In this document: one piece after another, positions 17,913 to 26,276 of the stretch | Position numbering within the stretch: the stretch's first letter is position 1 | Layout of the letters: every line of letters starts with the position of its first letter | DNA from: Candidatus Aminicenantes bacterium | GTDB lineage: Bacteria > Acidobacteriota > Aminicenantia > UBA2199 | Length of the DNA stretch: 64,000 nucleotides | Assembly: GCA_030639305.1 (NCBI GenBank) | Contig: DAOWCY010000005.1 | Location: 1,789-65,788 of the forward strand | Direction: 5' to 3' | Made by a program: the position numbers and the translations under genes | Notes under the pieces: model-generated | Database searches by the model: none | What the model was told of the DNA's origin: nothing | What the model saw: the letters and a program-made list of their open reading frames with translations, nothing else

Positions 17913-19418
17913 CTATGAAGATGTGGGGGCGCTCTCTATCACCTGCCAATGACCACCCCTGGCCGGGCCAATCCTCTCCAACATTCCCTTTTTTTTCAGT
18001 TTGTCGATGTTCCAGGCAGCTCCCTGCCGACTCAACCCGGTGCTGCGGGCCAACTCCGAAATCGACAACCGGGGATTTTTTTTAATGAGTTCTATAATTT
18101 TTGTGCCGGTTTTCATACTAGTTTTCATATTAGCTTTCATGTTAGTTTTCGTACTAGTCTTCATGTTAGTTTTCGTACTAGTTTTCATATCAGTTTTCCT
18201 CCCGGTTTTTGTGTCGGTTTTTGCGTCGATTCTTTCTTTAGCTTCAACACCGGCTTGTTCACTATCCCTGGCTTTGATTTTTTTCCTGCTCTCCCAGGTT
18301 GACCCCTCCTTTTCCCGCCGGTAGAATGTGGTCATAAATCCACTCTTCAAGATATTAAATTCGATTTTTACCCCGTATCCCACGCACTGTTCGTAGATTC
18401 TCTTTAAACCGGAACCCCATTTCTCGATCTCTTTCGATTTGAAAAGAATCTCCGCTAAAAGGGGATTTCTTAAGATAGACTGCTCTTTGCCGCTGATAAA
18501 ATCTTCCGGGGTAAACCCTTCGGGAAAAGAACCGGGGTTGTATATCTCTACACGGTTCCTGAAAATAGCGATTTTGTTACTCTCGGGCTTGAGATAATCC
18601 CGGTGGCAAAGCGAATTGACCAGCGCTTCCCGGACCGCTTCGATGGGTATTTCCGGGATTTCTTCCCGCCTCAACTGGCCGAACTTTACCCGCCAGTCGA
18701 TATGCTCTTTGATATATGTTTCCATCCTCTCGAGCAAGTCGAATATGCTGCCTTTGTACTGTTTTATATCCAGGAATGTTATCTTGTCTACCCCGGCAAA
18801 AACTGCTAACTGCACTTCCAGGGAGTTCTTTTCGCAAAACAACACGTTGCCCGCATGCAAGAGTTTCCCGTTTTTTAGCAAGCCCAATTTGTTCAGGGTG
18901 GTTTCAATATCTTCGAAATCGAAGCCCACCCTGCCCGCTTGTTTTGCCCTTTTCATGAAATCTTTGAGCGCTTGTTTATCGATATTTTCCAGGGCTGTGT
19001 CAGATATGCGATTATCCCATCTGAGCAGCCCGCGGTTCTTTTTTATGATTATATTTTCCAGTTCCTTTGCGCTTAATTTTTTATTTTCATCACCCACCCT
19101 GGTATAAGCTCGTCCATAAGCGTAGTAGGGGATTTCGCCGCCCTCGAAACTTACATGAATGCATTGTTTGTTTTTAATTGTGACGCACTCTATCGTGGGG
19201 AATATTTGCGGTTCGATAAAATCGGAGATGGCTTTCGAGACGTCCCTGATGGTTTTTTCCGTAACCGTCTGCCCGACAACTACTCCATCGTTTTTTATCC
19301 CGAAATACAACTCTCCTTTCCGGTGTTTGTTTAGTATTGCCGCGATGGAGATAACTGCTTCTTTCAGCAGGGAGGTGGATTTTTTTAGTTCCAATTGCTC
19401 GTTTTTTTTGAAGCTCAT
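17913..19418 (-). CDS. Schlafen/AlbA_2-like putative ATP-binding regulator with a C-terminal winged helix-turn-helix. It contains an internal T/K-rich tandem-repeat linker.
   Basis: N-terminal AlbA_2-like region (LLKEAVISIAAILNKHRKGELYFGIKNDGVVVGQ). C-terminal HTH (LSISELARSTGLSRQGAAWNIDKLKKKGMLERIG). Minus-strand ORF of 501 aa. Confidence 0.6.
   Translation of the reverse strand: MSFKKNEQLELKKSTSLLKEAVISIAAILNKHRKGELYFGIKNDGVVVGQTVTEKTIRDVSKAISDFIEPQIFPTIECVTIKNKQCIHVSFEGGEIPYYAYGRAYTRVGDENKKLSAKELENIIIKKNRGLLRWDNRISDTALENIDKQALKDFMKRAKQAGRVGFDFEDIETTLNKLGLLKNGKLLHAGNVLFCEKNSLEVQLAVFAGVDKITFLDIKQYKGSIFDLLERMETYIKEHIDWRVKFGQLRREEIPEIPIEAVREALVNSLCHRDYLKPESNKIAIFRNRVEIYNPGSFPEGFTPEDFISGKEQSILRNPLLAEILFKSKEIEKWGSGLKRIYEQCVGYGVKIEFNILKSGFMTTFYRREKEGSTWESRKKIKARDSEQAGVEAKERIDAKTDTKTGRKTDMKTSTKTNMKTSTKTNMKANMKTSMKTGTKIIELIKKNPRLSISELARSTGLSRQGAAWNIDKLKKKGMLERIGPARGGHWQVIESAPTSS
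18109..18228. repeat. Ten tandem copies of a 12-nt unit (GTTTTCATACTA-like) encoding (K-T-x-M/T) 4-aa repeats inside CDS 17913-19418.
   Basis: Seen directly: GTTTTCATACTA GTTTTCATATTA GCTTTCATGTTA GTTTTCGTACTA GTCTTCATGTTA GTTTTCGTACTA GTTTTCATATCA GTTTTCCTCCCG GTTTTTGTGTCG GTTTTTGCGTCG. Confidence 0.7.
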
Positions 19419-19750
19419 TTTATTTTTCCCCGGTGGCTGTTTCGTGTAAGTTCCCGTTTTCCGGGATGTTTGTTTTTTTATTGCTGTTCATGACCATAGG
19501 AATTATATCAAATTTGCAGTCATGAATCTATAAAAAATATGGTAATTATTCAGTTTTCGGCCTTTAGCGTTGAGCAAACGGGCATTCGAGAACTCTGAGG
19601 GTTGCTTTTGATTCTAAATTATCAAATATTGTGTTCAAACTTTTTCTGAAAGTGCGGAGTGCCGCTGGGTCCCGACGATGAACCCAATGGGGCCCGCCGG
19701 AGGCCAGAAAAAGTGAAACACCGTCCATCGTCGATTTTCATACATTATCC

Positions 19751-21331
19751 TCAACTATCTTCTATCTCTGAAAACCTGTATCCGTTTTTATCTTCTTTTA
19801 CCTCTAATGCACCAAACCTCATTCTAAATCTTTTACGTAGCATTTGAATTTGAGTTGCTCCCGGTGGTAATTGATCATTTGCCCCAAAATACCTGGCCAG
19901 CGCTTCTGCTTCAAGATATTGCCTCAAAGCTTTTTTGATACTCCCTCTACGCAAATAAAAAATTGCAATTTTTCTTTTGGCTCTAATTATGTAGCCTTTT
20001 CGTTTAGCTTTTTCAAGATCATATAGACCAGATTCCATTAATTTCTCTGCTTCACGTTTTTTCCCATCCAGCATGAGTGCGAATCCTAAATCCACCTTTA
20101 GTGCTGGATATGGAACTCCACTTTTTTCTTTGTAAATAACCCCTTTTCTGAATTGTTCAATGGCGTTTTCAATCCGTCCCATTCTTACAAGCACATTTCC
20201 TCTGGTACTGCATATATCCCCAAGGTTTTCTGTAAATTTGTTATCCTTGATAAGACTTTCAGCCTGATTCAGGTGTGCAAATACTGATCTAAAATAGCGT
20301 AACTGTAGCTCTTTATTATTGGTAAATTTAACAGTCGAATAAGTCTGACTTGCGGTTGTAGCATGAGCTAATATAACTGCATGGAGATGATCATCGCTAC
20401 CATTTTTTTTTAGCATTAGCGTGCGCAAATCCAGAAGAGAGTTAGATGAAGCCATTCCTCCAATAAGAAGATTCCCCTGTAAACCGCTCCACGATGCCGC
20501 ATCGGTCCAGATTCTTAAAGCCCTTTCCCAATAATCCCAATAGCTTTCATTTTTTTCAAGATTGAAGGGATACCTCATAAGTACACGAAGTACTTTCCAA
20601 ATTTCCACCAACTGTTCAAGATAATTTGTTGTGCCGGAGATGGCCTCAAAGATGGTCTTCAAATTATCTTCACTCAGGGTTTTCAAGTTGTCTATATCCA
20701 AATATTCATCTTTTAAAAAATGTAATTCTTTACTTTTCAAAAAGCGTGTTTCACTTTGAAAATCCAGGTCCCTTCCGATTGGTTGCCTTAAAAATCCCAA
20801 TCTCGTGATGAATTGTTTAAGAGGTGTTATGATATTTAGAGTCGGTAAGAATGCTTTGCGACTTAACTTTTTAATAATTTCATCGCTTACCTTTGTTCCG
20901 GGTATATCATCATAAATATAACCAGGGACAATTTTTCTTAATATTTTGATTAATTCGTCGAGTCGTTTATCATTGTCTTTTCGACGAACGATGAAAATCA
21001 ATACAGGTTTTTGGCAGGATAGAGCTTGAAAAATTTCCGATTCTAATAAAGAAATTCCTGTAGGCTCAGATTTACACTTAGCAGTATCTCCGTAACCATG
21101 ACCAAGCACAGCAATCAGCGCATCGGAATTAATGACACCTTTAAGGCAAAACTTTCGAGTGTCATCATATATATCTTCAAAGTTTTTATCTTCAGAAGAT
21201 TGAAAGTCGGTTTCTCCCGGGAGAACTTCATAACCCTCCTTACGTAGTCTTTCTTCGATTTCATTACGAAGTTTCGGGATAACTGCCATCCTCGATGACA
21301 CAAAAATCCTATTTATTATTCTCCTTTTCAT
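19751..21331 (-). CDS. DUF4062-like N-terminal domain fused to TPR repeats.
   Basis: The N-terminus RIFVSSRMAVIPKLRNEIEERL...ALIAVLGHGYGDT fits the DUF4062 pattern (FxSS...L..ER ... G.(R/H)YG). C-terminal TPR-like helices (AIEQFRKGVIY..., ALRQYLEAEALARY...). Confidence 0.6.
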   Translation of the reverse strand: MKRRIINRIFVSSRMAVIPKLRNEIEERLRKEGYEVLPGETDFQSSEDKNFEDIYDDTRKFCLKGVINSDALIAVLGHGYGDTAKCKSEPTGISLLESEIFQALSCQKPVLIFIVRRKDNDKRLDELIKILRKIVPGYIYDDIPGTKVSDEIIKKLSRKAFLPTLNIITPLKQFITRLGFLRQPIGRDLDFQSETRFLKSKELHFLKDEYLDIDNLKTLSEDNLKTIFEAISGTTNYLEQLVEIWKVLRVLMRYPFNLEKNESYWDYWERALRIWTDAASWSGLQGNLLIGGMASSNSLLDLRTLMLKKNGSDDHLHAVILAHATTASQTYSTVKFTNNKELQLRYFRSVFAHLNQAESLIKDNKFTENLGDICSTRGNVLVRMGRIENAIEQFRKGVIYKEKSGVPYPALKVDLGFALMLDGKKREAEKLMESGLYDLEKAKRKGYIIRAKRKIAIFYLRRGSIKKALRQYLEAEALARYFGANDQLPPGATQIQMLRKRFRMRFGALEVKEDKNGYRFSEIEDS

Positions 21332-21399
21332 GTATTCTTTTTCGCTTTTCCTTTTAAGTTCATCATTTCCAGGATATATCCCGAAGGTTTGAAGTGGAA

Positions 21400-22341
21400 T
21401 TATTTGACAACCGGAATATTACGTATGGTAGCAAGCTTTGTGAAACCGTCAATACCGATTATTGCTGTGTAATGTGTTGCCTTCGGATCTACTTCGTTTG
21501 CGAAAATATATACCCGAACAAAGAGCTTAGGGGGAAATGTCTCCTTTATCCAATCATTTCCAATTCTCGCTCCTTTACTTCCTATTTGGAGGCCGATTGC
21601 ATATTTATCACCAAAATTATCAACTATACCACTATACTCGTGAGAAGAAGAATATATTCTAATTTTTCTGTCCTTGTCACCATTATTCATAATATAAAAA
21701 GTGCAGACAATATTGCCGCCGGACATCTCACACACACCGGGTTTAAATATAAAACCATCAACTTCAACATTTTTTCCAGGTGGAGGAGGCGGTAAAGATG
21801 TTGTTCCTCCACCTATACCTCTTCCGAGCAGTTCTTCTATTGCTTTGGTTTTGGGGATATTTGTTGTCACTGCACCGATTAATTTGGCGGAATTAATATC
21901 CAAGATTTTTATTGTAATCCTGACACTGTCTCCAAAAGATGTAATAGTGCCTGTTATTAACGCGTCTACACCTGCTATCTTGCCCAGAATCTGTGCAGAA
22001 TTCTTTTTAATTAGCCCAGTAAAAGTTAATTTATGTTCTTTCAAGATGGCTTTCAAATGGACCCTGTCTACAACCTCAAAACCCTTGCCTGAAGAAGATA
22101 TAGCAACGGATAACTCCTCAGATAAAAATCGTCCTAATTCCATCACATTACCCTGGAGATCATTAAAATCGACAATAGCAATCGACTTCTTACCCGCTTC
22201 TTCGATTTTTTTGGCTAATTCCTGGGAAATGGTTTTTATTTCTTTTTCAAAAGAGAAAAGAAATAGCTGTGTAGTAAACCCAATGATAATAAAGATAATA
22301 GACCTTTGAAAGAGTCTTTTCGCTTTTGTTTTTATATTCAT
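21400..22341 (-). CDS. Exported/anchored protein with an LpoB/CsgG/FlgO-like (COG3417-type) domain and a C-terminal beta-rich domain.
   Basis: N-terminal hydrophobic segment. KSIAIVDFNDLQGN...LGRFLSEELSVAISSSGKGFEVVDRVHLKAILKEHKL...AGVDALITGTITSFG pattern. Confidence 0.5.
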   Translation of the reverse strand: MNIKTKAKRLFQRSIIFIIIGFTTQLFLFSFEKEIKTISQELAKKIEEAGKKSIAIVDFNDLQGNVMELGRFLSEELSVAISSSGKGFEVVDRVHLKAILKEHKLTFTGLIKKNSAQILGKIAGVDALITGTITSFGDSVRITIKILDINSAKLIGAVTTNIPKTKAIEELLGRGIGGGTTSLPPPPPGKNVEVDGFIFKPGVCEMSGGNIVCTFYIMNNGDKDRKIRIYSSSHEYSGIVDNFGDKYAIGLQIGSKGARIGNDWIKETFPPKLFVRVYIFANEVDPKATHYTAIIGIDGFTKLATIRNIPVVK

Positions 22342-22350
22342 ATTGTCCTC

Positions 22351-23625
22351 CTATTGAATTTCCTTTAAAAATTTCTTAAAGTCATCGTATACCTTATCGA
22401 TTGCGTTTTTCTCCGCCTCTTCGTTTGTATAGCCGGGGCCAATTGCTGAAATTATGGTGGTATTAACCACCTTTATTGGATTGGTAGCGATAACTTTGAT
22501 TTGAATAGTAAGATCAGAACTTATGCCATCCCATACTTGAGGATTATTCCTGAATTTAGAATATTTCTTTGCTAAAATGATATAATCAACATGGTTATTC
22601 AGAGCTAAAGACTTGATTAGATCAAGGTTTCCTGAAAACACTCTTTCAAATATCCCATCGTCGATAAAAGGTTTTTTGAAGATGGATAGAACCGGATTTT
22701 TCCCCTGTAGTTTTAGAATCGACACAAGTTTTTGTTCAATAACATACTCTGCCCGCAGCTTTTCATCGACTACCAGTAAGGCAACCTCTTTTGAACCGGG
22801 TATATTTGAAAAGTAAGGGTTAATGTATCTTTGCAGGTAAGCAAGACGTTTTTGCCTTTCATTTCCAGCTTCGATTTTTTCTATTTCAGCCGCAGCCTTT
22901 TCCTGGTTCTCCCTTACTTTCTTCTTCAAAGAAATAATTATATCAGGCGTGACCGGTTTCAGCACTGAATTATACGTAGGGTGAAATCCAGGACCATTGA
23001 AGAATTCAAAGGAGCCATCAGTATCCTGGTAATACCAGATTTTGGGGTTTCCTGTGATAGAATCAAAAAATTCTACTCCTTCCAGAGTTTCCAGGAAAAC
23101 TTGTTTGGGATACATTTTCATTTGTTGTTTCTTATGCTTTTCGACGATTTCCGGTGTAACGGGTTTAAGCTTGATTCCATATTCGGGATCATATCCATTT
23201 GTATCGAAATAATGAATCCCTTCCGGGGTTTCGGCATACCACTTTAGAACTTTTCCCGAATCATGGGTAAAATAACTGTCCCTGCTTAAAAAGTGCATAC
23301 TCAGGAAAAAGATACTCATATAGACAATTATGATTATTCCCGCAAGTTTCCTGTAAGATTTGACAAGTGTTTTCCCAAAAATTTTGATCCTGAACTTGAT
23401 TTTGAATATCTCACTAACAGCCCACATAAAGGGTATAAGTGCTATAATGACTATCCCTTTTGCAAGCCAGTGACTCATGCCCGACACATTAACAATATTT
23501 GAGACGATGTAATTAAAGGTCAATTTGATAATTCCCTTTGGCAGCAGGAAAGTTACGAAGAAAAGAAAAAAGACACCAAGGATCAAAAATACAATTTTAT
23601 TTTTTTGTTGTGTTTGGTCGGTCAT
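22351..23625 (-). CDS. Polytopic membrane protein with internal ~28-aa repeats and a C-terminal LpoB/CsgG-like domain. Paralogous in its C-terminal domain to 21400-22341.
   Basis: Four or more N-terminal hydrophobic helices. Repeats YDPEYGIKLKPVTPEIV and FHPTYNSVLKPVTPDII. C-terminal KEVALLVVDEKLRAEY...VDYIILAKKYSKF pattern. 10-nt gap to the downstream gene. Confidence 0.5.
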   Translation of the reverse strand: MTDQTQQKNKIVFLILGVFFLFFVTFLLPKGIIKLTFNYIVSNIVNVSGMSHWLAKGIVIIALIPFMWAVSEIFKIKFRIKIFGKTLVKSYRKLAGIIIIVYMSIFFLSMHFLSRDSYFTHDSGKVLKWYAETPEGIHYFDTNGYDPEYGIKLKPVTPEIVEKHKKQQMKMYPKQVFLETLEGVEFFDSITGNPKIWYYQDTDGSFEFFNGPGFHPTYNSVLKPVTPDIIISLKKKVRENQEKAAAEIEKIEAGNERQKRLAYLQRYINPYFSNIPGSKEVALLVVDEKLRAEYVIEQKLVSILKLQGKNPVLSIFKKPFIDDGIFERVFSGNLDLIKSLALNNHVDYIILAKKYSKFRNNPQVWDGISSDLTIQIKVIATNPIKVVNTTIISAIGPGYTNEEAEKNAIDKVYDDFKKFLKEIQ

Positions 23626-24140
23626 GCAATCCCCTTAAAAAACACATTATTAAACCGGCAGATTCGCATAACTTTAAACAAGGTAAAGAGATACGCGGAA
23701 ATCTTTGTTGATAACACTAATTTTTTTCGGGGATATATCGCATCAATGCCCATATAAGGCATCAATATAGAGACCTGTTTGCGGTTTAAAAAATAACCTT
23801 CTTTTTTTAACCATTCCGTCATCTGCTTGCTCCCATAAAAAGGACATTGCATGTACTTGCCGAAAATCAACCTCATCAAGTAAAAATTATTTGCCGCATT
23901 ACTCTCTTTAAAGTGGTAGTAATAAAGCGATCGACAAAGGCACAAGAGGTCACATTGTCGTAGGATTAAAATTTTACGTTTATCTTTATCCATTTTTCGG
24001 TTTCTGACAAAATTATAGCATTTTGAAAATGGGATGTCAATTTCCAACAAGGATTTACTACGGGATACATCTTTTTTTAAAATTTTCCGAAAAACCGAGT
24101 CGGTGCGTAGAAATGAAGACGCCGTCTTAGAAAAAATCAT
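23622..24140 (-). mobile_element. Truncated IS3-family transposase. Only the OrfB N-terminal HTH_21-like region is present; the integrase core is missing.
   Basis: CDLLCLCRSLYYYHFK...PFYGSKQMTEWLKKEGYFLNRKQVSILMPYMGIDAIYPRKK matches the conserved IS3 OrfB N-terminal pattern (LC..GVSRSGYY...YG.RR....L...G..V.RKRV.RLM...GL.A..RKK). The ORF ends before any DDE core. Confidence 0.45.
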
Positions 24141-24164
24141 TATGAAATAGGGATTCTTTTTAAC

Positions 24165-24225
24165 CAGCTAATTTGTGCCCACAGTGTGGACAGTTTTTGA
24201 ATAGAACAAAGGGATTATTAATGCC
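24165..24225 (-). pseudogene. Degenerate remnant of the 5' end of a DUF1016 gene.
   Basis: CCAGCTAATTTGTGCCCACAGTGTGGACAGTTTTTGAATAG is homologous to 17282-17320 inside the intact DUF1016 gene (encoding KLSPLWTELSW), but here it carries an in-frame stop. Confidence 0.35.
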
Positions 24226-24269
24226 GGTTAATTCTGTCACCAGCGGTGACAGTTTTTTATCATTCTGAT

Positions 24270-24310
24270 GGGTCTTTTTCCGCCCCGGGCCGGGGACTTT
24301 TTCCCCAGGG
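24270..24310 (+). terminator. Second copy of the T-flanked CCCCGGGCCGGGG hairpin.
   Basis: Identical to 17704-17736. Confidence 0.35.
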
Positions 24311-24324
24311 TGGGACGAAAAGAT

Positions 24325-24545
24325 TTACTGTAAGGCGTCCTCGCCGCAGATGGCTTTGAAACCGGGGGGGATTTCAGTTTGAAACCCTTTTCCCGAAAAT
24401 AATATATATTGGATATCCTTATCTGCTTCAAAAGGAATCCTTTTTATCTTCCGCTGGAATTTGCGCAAATCACCAGCGGAAAAATAACCCCATTTGACTT
24501 CGCCCAAAAGGATTACCTTCTTCCCGTTTAAACCGACGATGTCGA
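24325..24545 (-). pseudogene. Remnant (C-terminal ~75 aa) of a DUF234/Arch_ATPase-family gene carrying a PD-(D/E)XK-like motif (copy 3).
   Basis: Translates to RSKRWRLFKEFDIVGLNGKKVILLGEVKWGYFSAGDLRKFQRKIKRIPFEADKDIQYILFSGKGFQTEIPPGFKAICGEDALQ*. A stop codon lies immediately upstream in frame, so the N-terminal body is missing. Confidence 0.45.
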
Positions 24546-24736
24546 ATTCCTTAAATAAACGCCAGCGCTTTGATCTCTAAAGAAGTGTCGATCCGGCCCC
24601 AGAGGGGGGATTAAGTCTGCCCACAAAGTAACCGAAATTCCTCCAATGGATGCCCCAATGCCCGGAGATAATCCGTGGAAATAATTTTTTAGATTTGAAA
24701 TTGAATTCTTTATTTTTGTATGCTATTCTTATCGAG

Positions 24737-24859
24737 ATGATTATAACAGTTGACACGAAAAATATTAAAGATTCCAGGAATGCGGAATTAAAGGGGTTTG
24801 GATTTAAGATCATCACCTCGGCGGAATTTTGCAAATTATGGGAGTCAAAAAATGAGTAA
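24737..24859 (+). CDS. Small ORF (40 aa) immediately upstream of, and overlapping, the antitoxin-like gene. A possible toxin partner, but its family is not recognised.
   Basis: ATG at 24737. MIITVDTKNIKDSRNAELKGFGFKIITSAEFCKLWESKNE. The position and 8-nt overlap with the downstream RHH gene are the only support. Confidence 0.2.
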   Translation: MIITVDTKNIKDSRNAELKGFGFKIITSAEFCKLWESKNE

Positions 24860-25103
24860 TACAAATGTTTTAACATTAAAGATTCCAATGGAATTAAAAA
24901 GAAGATTGGAAAGACAGGCAAAGTACCAGGGAACCTCCATTAACCAATTGACATACTATTTGTTGACGACACAATTGGAAACGTTGGCGGCCCTCGATTC
25001 TAAACTCTCAAAAAAATCGATCCCCGATCTAAAAGCAAAGGTAAAAACTATTTTAGACAGGATACCGGACAGAACTGTCCCCGCATGGGATTCAAATGGG
25101 TAA
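24852..25103 (+). CDS. Ribbon-helix-helix (HicB-C-terminal/CopG-like) antitoxin-like protein.
   Basis: RBS GGAG at 24841. LKIPMELKRRLERQAKYQGTSINQLTYYLL is a typical RHH beta-strand plus two-helix pattern. Confidence 0.4.
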   Translation: MSNTNVLTLKIPMELKRRLERQAKYQGTSINQLTYYLLTTQLETLAALDSKLSKKSIPDLKAKVKTILDRIPDRTVPAWDSNG

Positions 25104-25193
25104 TTAAAACAACCCCGGCGGCAGTATTCGGCCTGGCTCAGAACATCGAATCGACCCGTCCAATCAGCATCTCCGGGATTTGGTCGTTTTCGA

Positions 25194-25685
25194 CTACTTC
25201 GCTTTCTTAAGCGGGTTCTCAACCTGGATGTAAATATCACCTTCAAGAATAGGCCCGATAGATTTGATCTTGTAACCGAGCTTTTCTAACTCTCCCCTAA
25301 CCTTGGGGATAGAAAACGCTTCGATAGGCTCGACTATATGATTGTACACATAGTCGATGATAAGCCTGAGAAAAGGAGACCTATCCACAAAACCAAAATC
25401 GTACATCACATCCTTAAACTTCTTCATATAACCGGGAGATATAAAAAAACTGGTGTAGGCATTGCCGATTTTTTTAGTGCGGTCGATCCTGTTAAAGGCA
25501 GCAACGAATTCCTTAAATTCCCGGTCTTCAACCAGTTTGGAAAATAACATGTCAAACATCTTGAGTACAGCGTGAGACCTCTTGACATGAAGAAAAGCAG
25601 CGATTTTGTACAACTGCGCCTTGGCATCCACGGATAAATTCCAACCGATTGGTTTTGCTTTTTCACCGTTTTCATTTTGATTCAT
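25194..25685 (-). CDS. Hypothetical protein (163 aa).
   Basis: ORF with RBS GGAGG 7 nt upstream of the ATG at 25685 (MNQNENGEKAKPIGW...). No recognisable motif. Confidence 0.45.
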   Translation of the reverse strand: MNQNENGEKAKPIGWNLSVDAKAQLYKIAAFLHVKRSHAVLKMFDMLFSKLVEDREFKEFVAAFNRIDRTKKIGNAYTSFFISPGYMKKFKDVMYDFGFVDRSPFLRLIIDYVYNHIVEPIEAFSIPKVRGELEKLGYKIKSIGPILEGDIYIQVENPLKKAK

Positions 25686-25906
25686 AACAAACCTCCACTC
25701 GCAATGATAACACAAGCTGAATGAAAACTCAAGGATAAAAATATATTTTATAATGACAAAATAAGATAGATCGACTGGGCAGCTTGATTTTTCAACAAGA
25801 ATTGTGTAAACCTGCCGGGAAAGGCGCTGTAAATCTTTTCCCTGATGCTTCTGATCCTGCTGCCACAGCCTTTCTTGTCTTTCATCCTACCATGAAATTA
25901 CTATAG

Positions 25907-25985
25907 CCACAGAGGGCAAAGAGGGCACAGAGAAAAAGCAAAAGCATTAAACCACGAAGTTCACGAAGCGCACGAAGAAAAAAGC
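25907..25985. repeat. Two adjacent blocks of 9-nt triple repeats (CACAGAGGG/CAAAGAGGG/CACAGAGAA and CACGAAGTT/CACGAAGCG/CACGAAGAA), each followed by an A-rich run.
   Basis: Seen directly in intergenic DNA between two minus-strand genes. Confidence 0.4.
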
Positions 25986-26276
25986 AAGAAACAAAGGAGA
26001 AGGGCATTTGATGACCGAGAAGCTAAAATTCCCCGATTGAGACTTGCCGGGAGGTGGCACTGAGGGGCTTTTTTGTTTTTTGCCCCGAAGTGACGGGGTG
26101 TGTTAGCTCGTCGAAAAGCGCCACCGCTCAACGTCCCCTTACGCGAGTGGGCTTGTTAATTTCATCGTCTCCGGGTGAGGCGCGCATCATGAAAAACTAC
26201 TATTATTATATTATGAATTAACGATGTAATCCAATAAAATCGAAGGTAACTATTGGACGAAACCGCTCCGCGGGCG

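Noticed and set aside
24577-24921. Minus-strand ORF of 114 aa overlapping the putative toxin-antitoxin pair.
   Set aside because: It is hydrophobic with no RBS, and it is antisense to the better-supported RHH gene and to the small ORF with an RBS.
26060-26110. GGGGC-TTTTTTGTTTTTT-GCCCC hairpin as a terminator for the flanking genes.
   Set aside because: The T-run forms the loop rather than a 3' tail on either strand, so it does not fit a canonical intrinsic terminator. It is mentioned only as part of the intergenic repeat debris.
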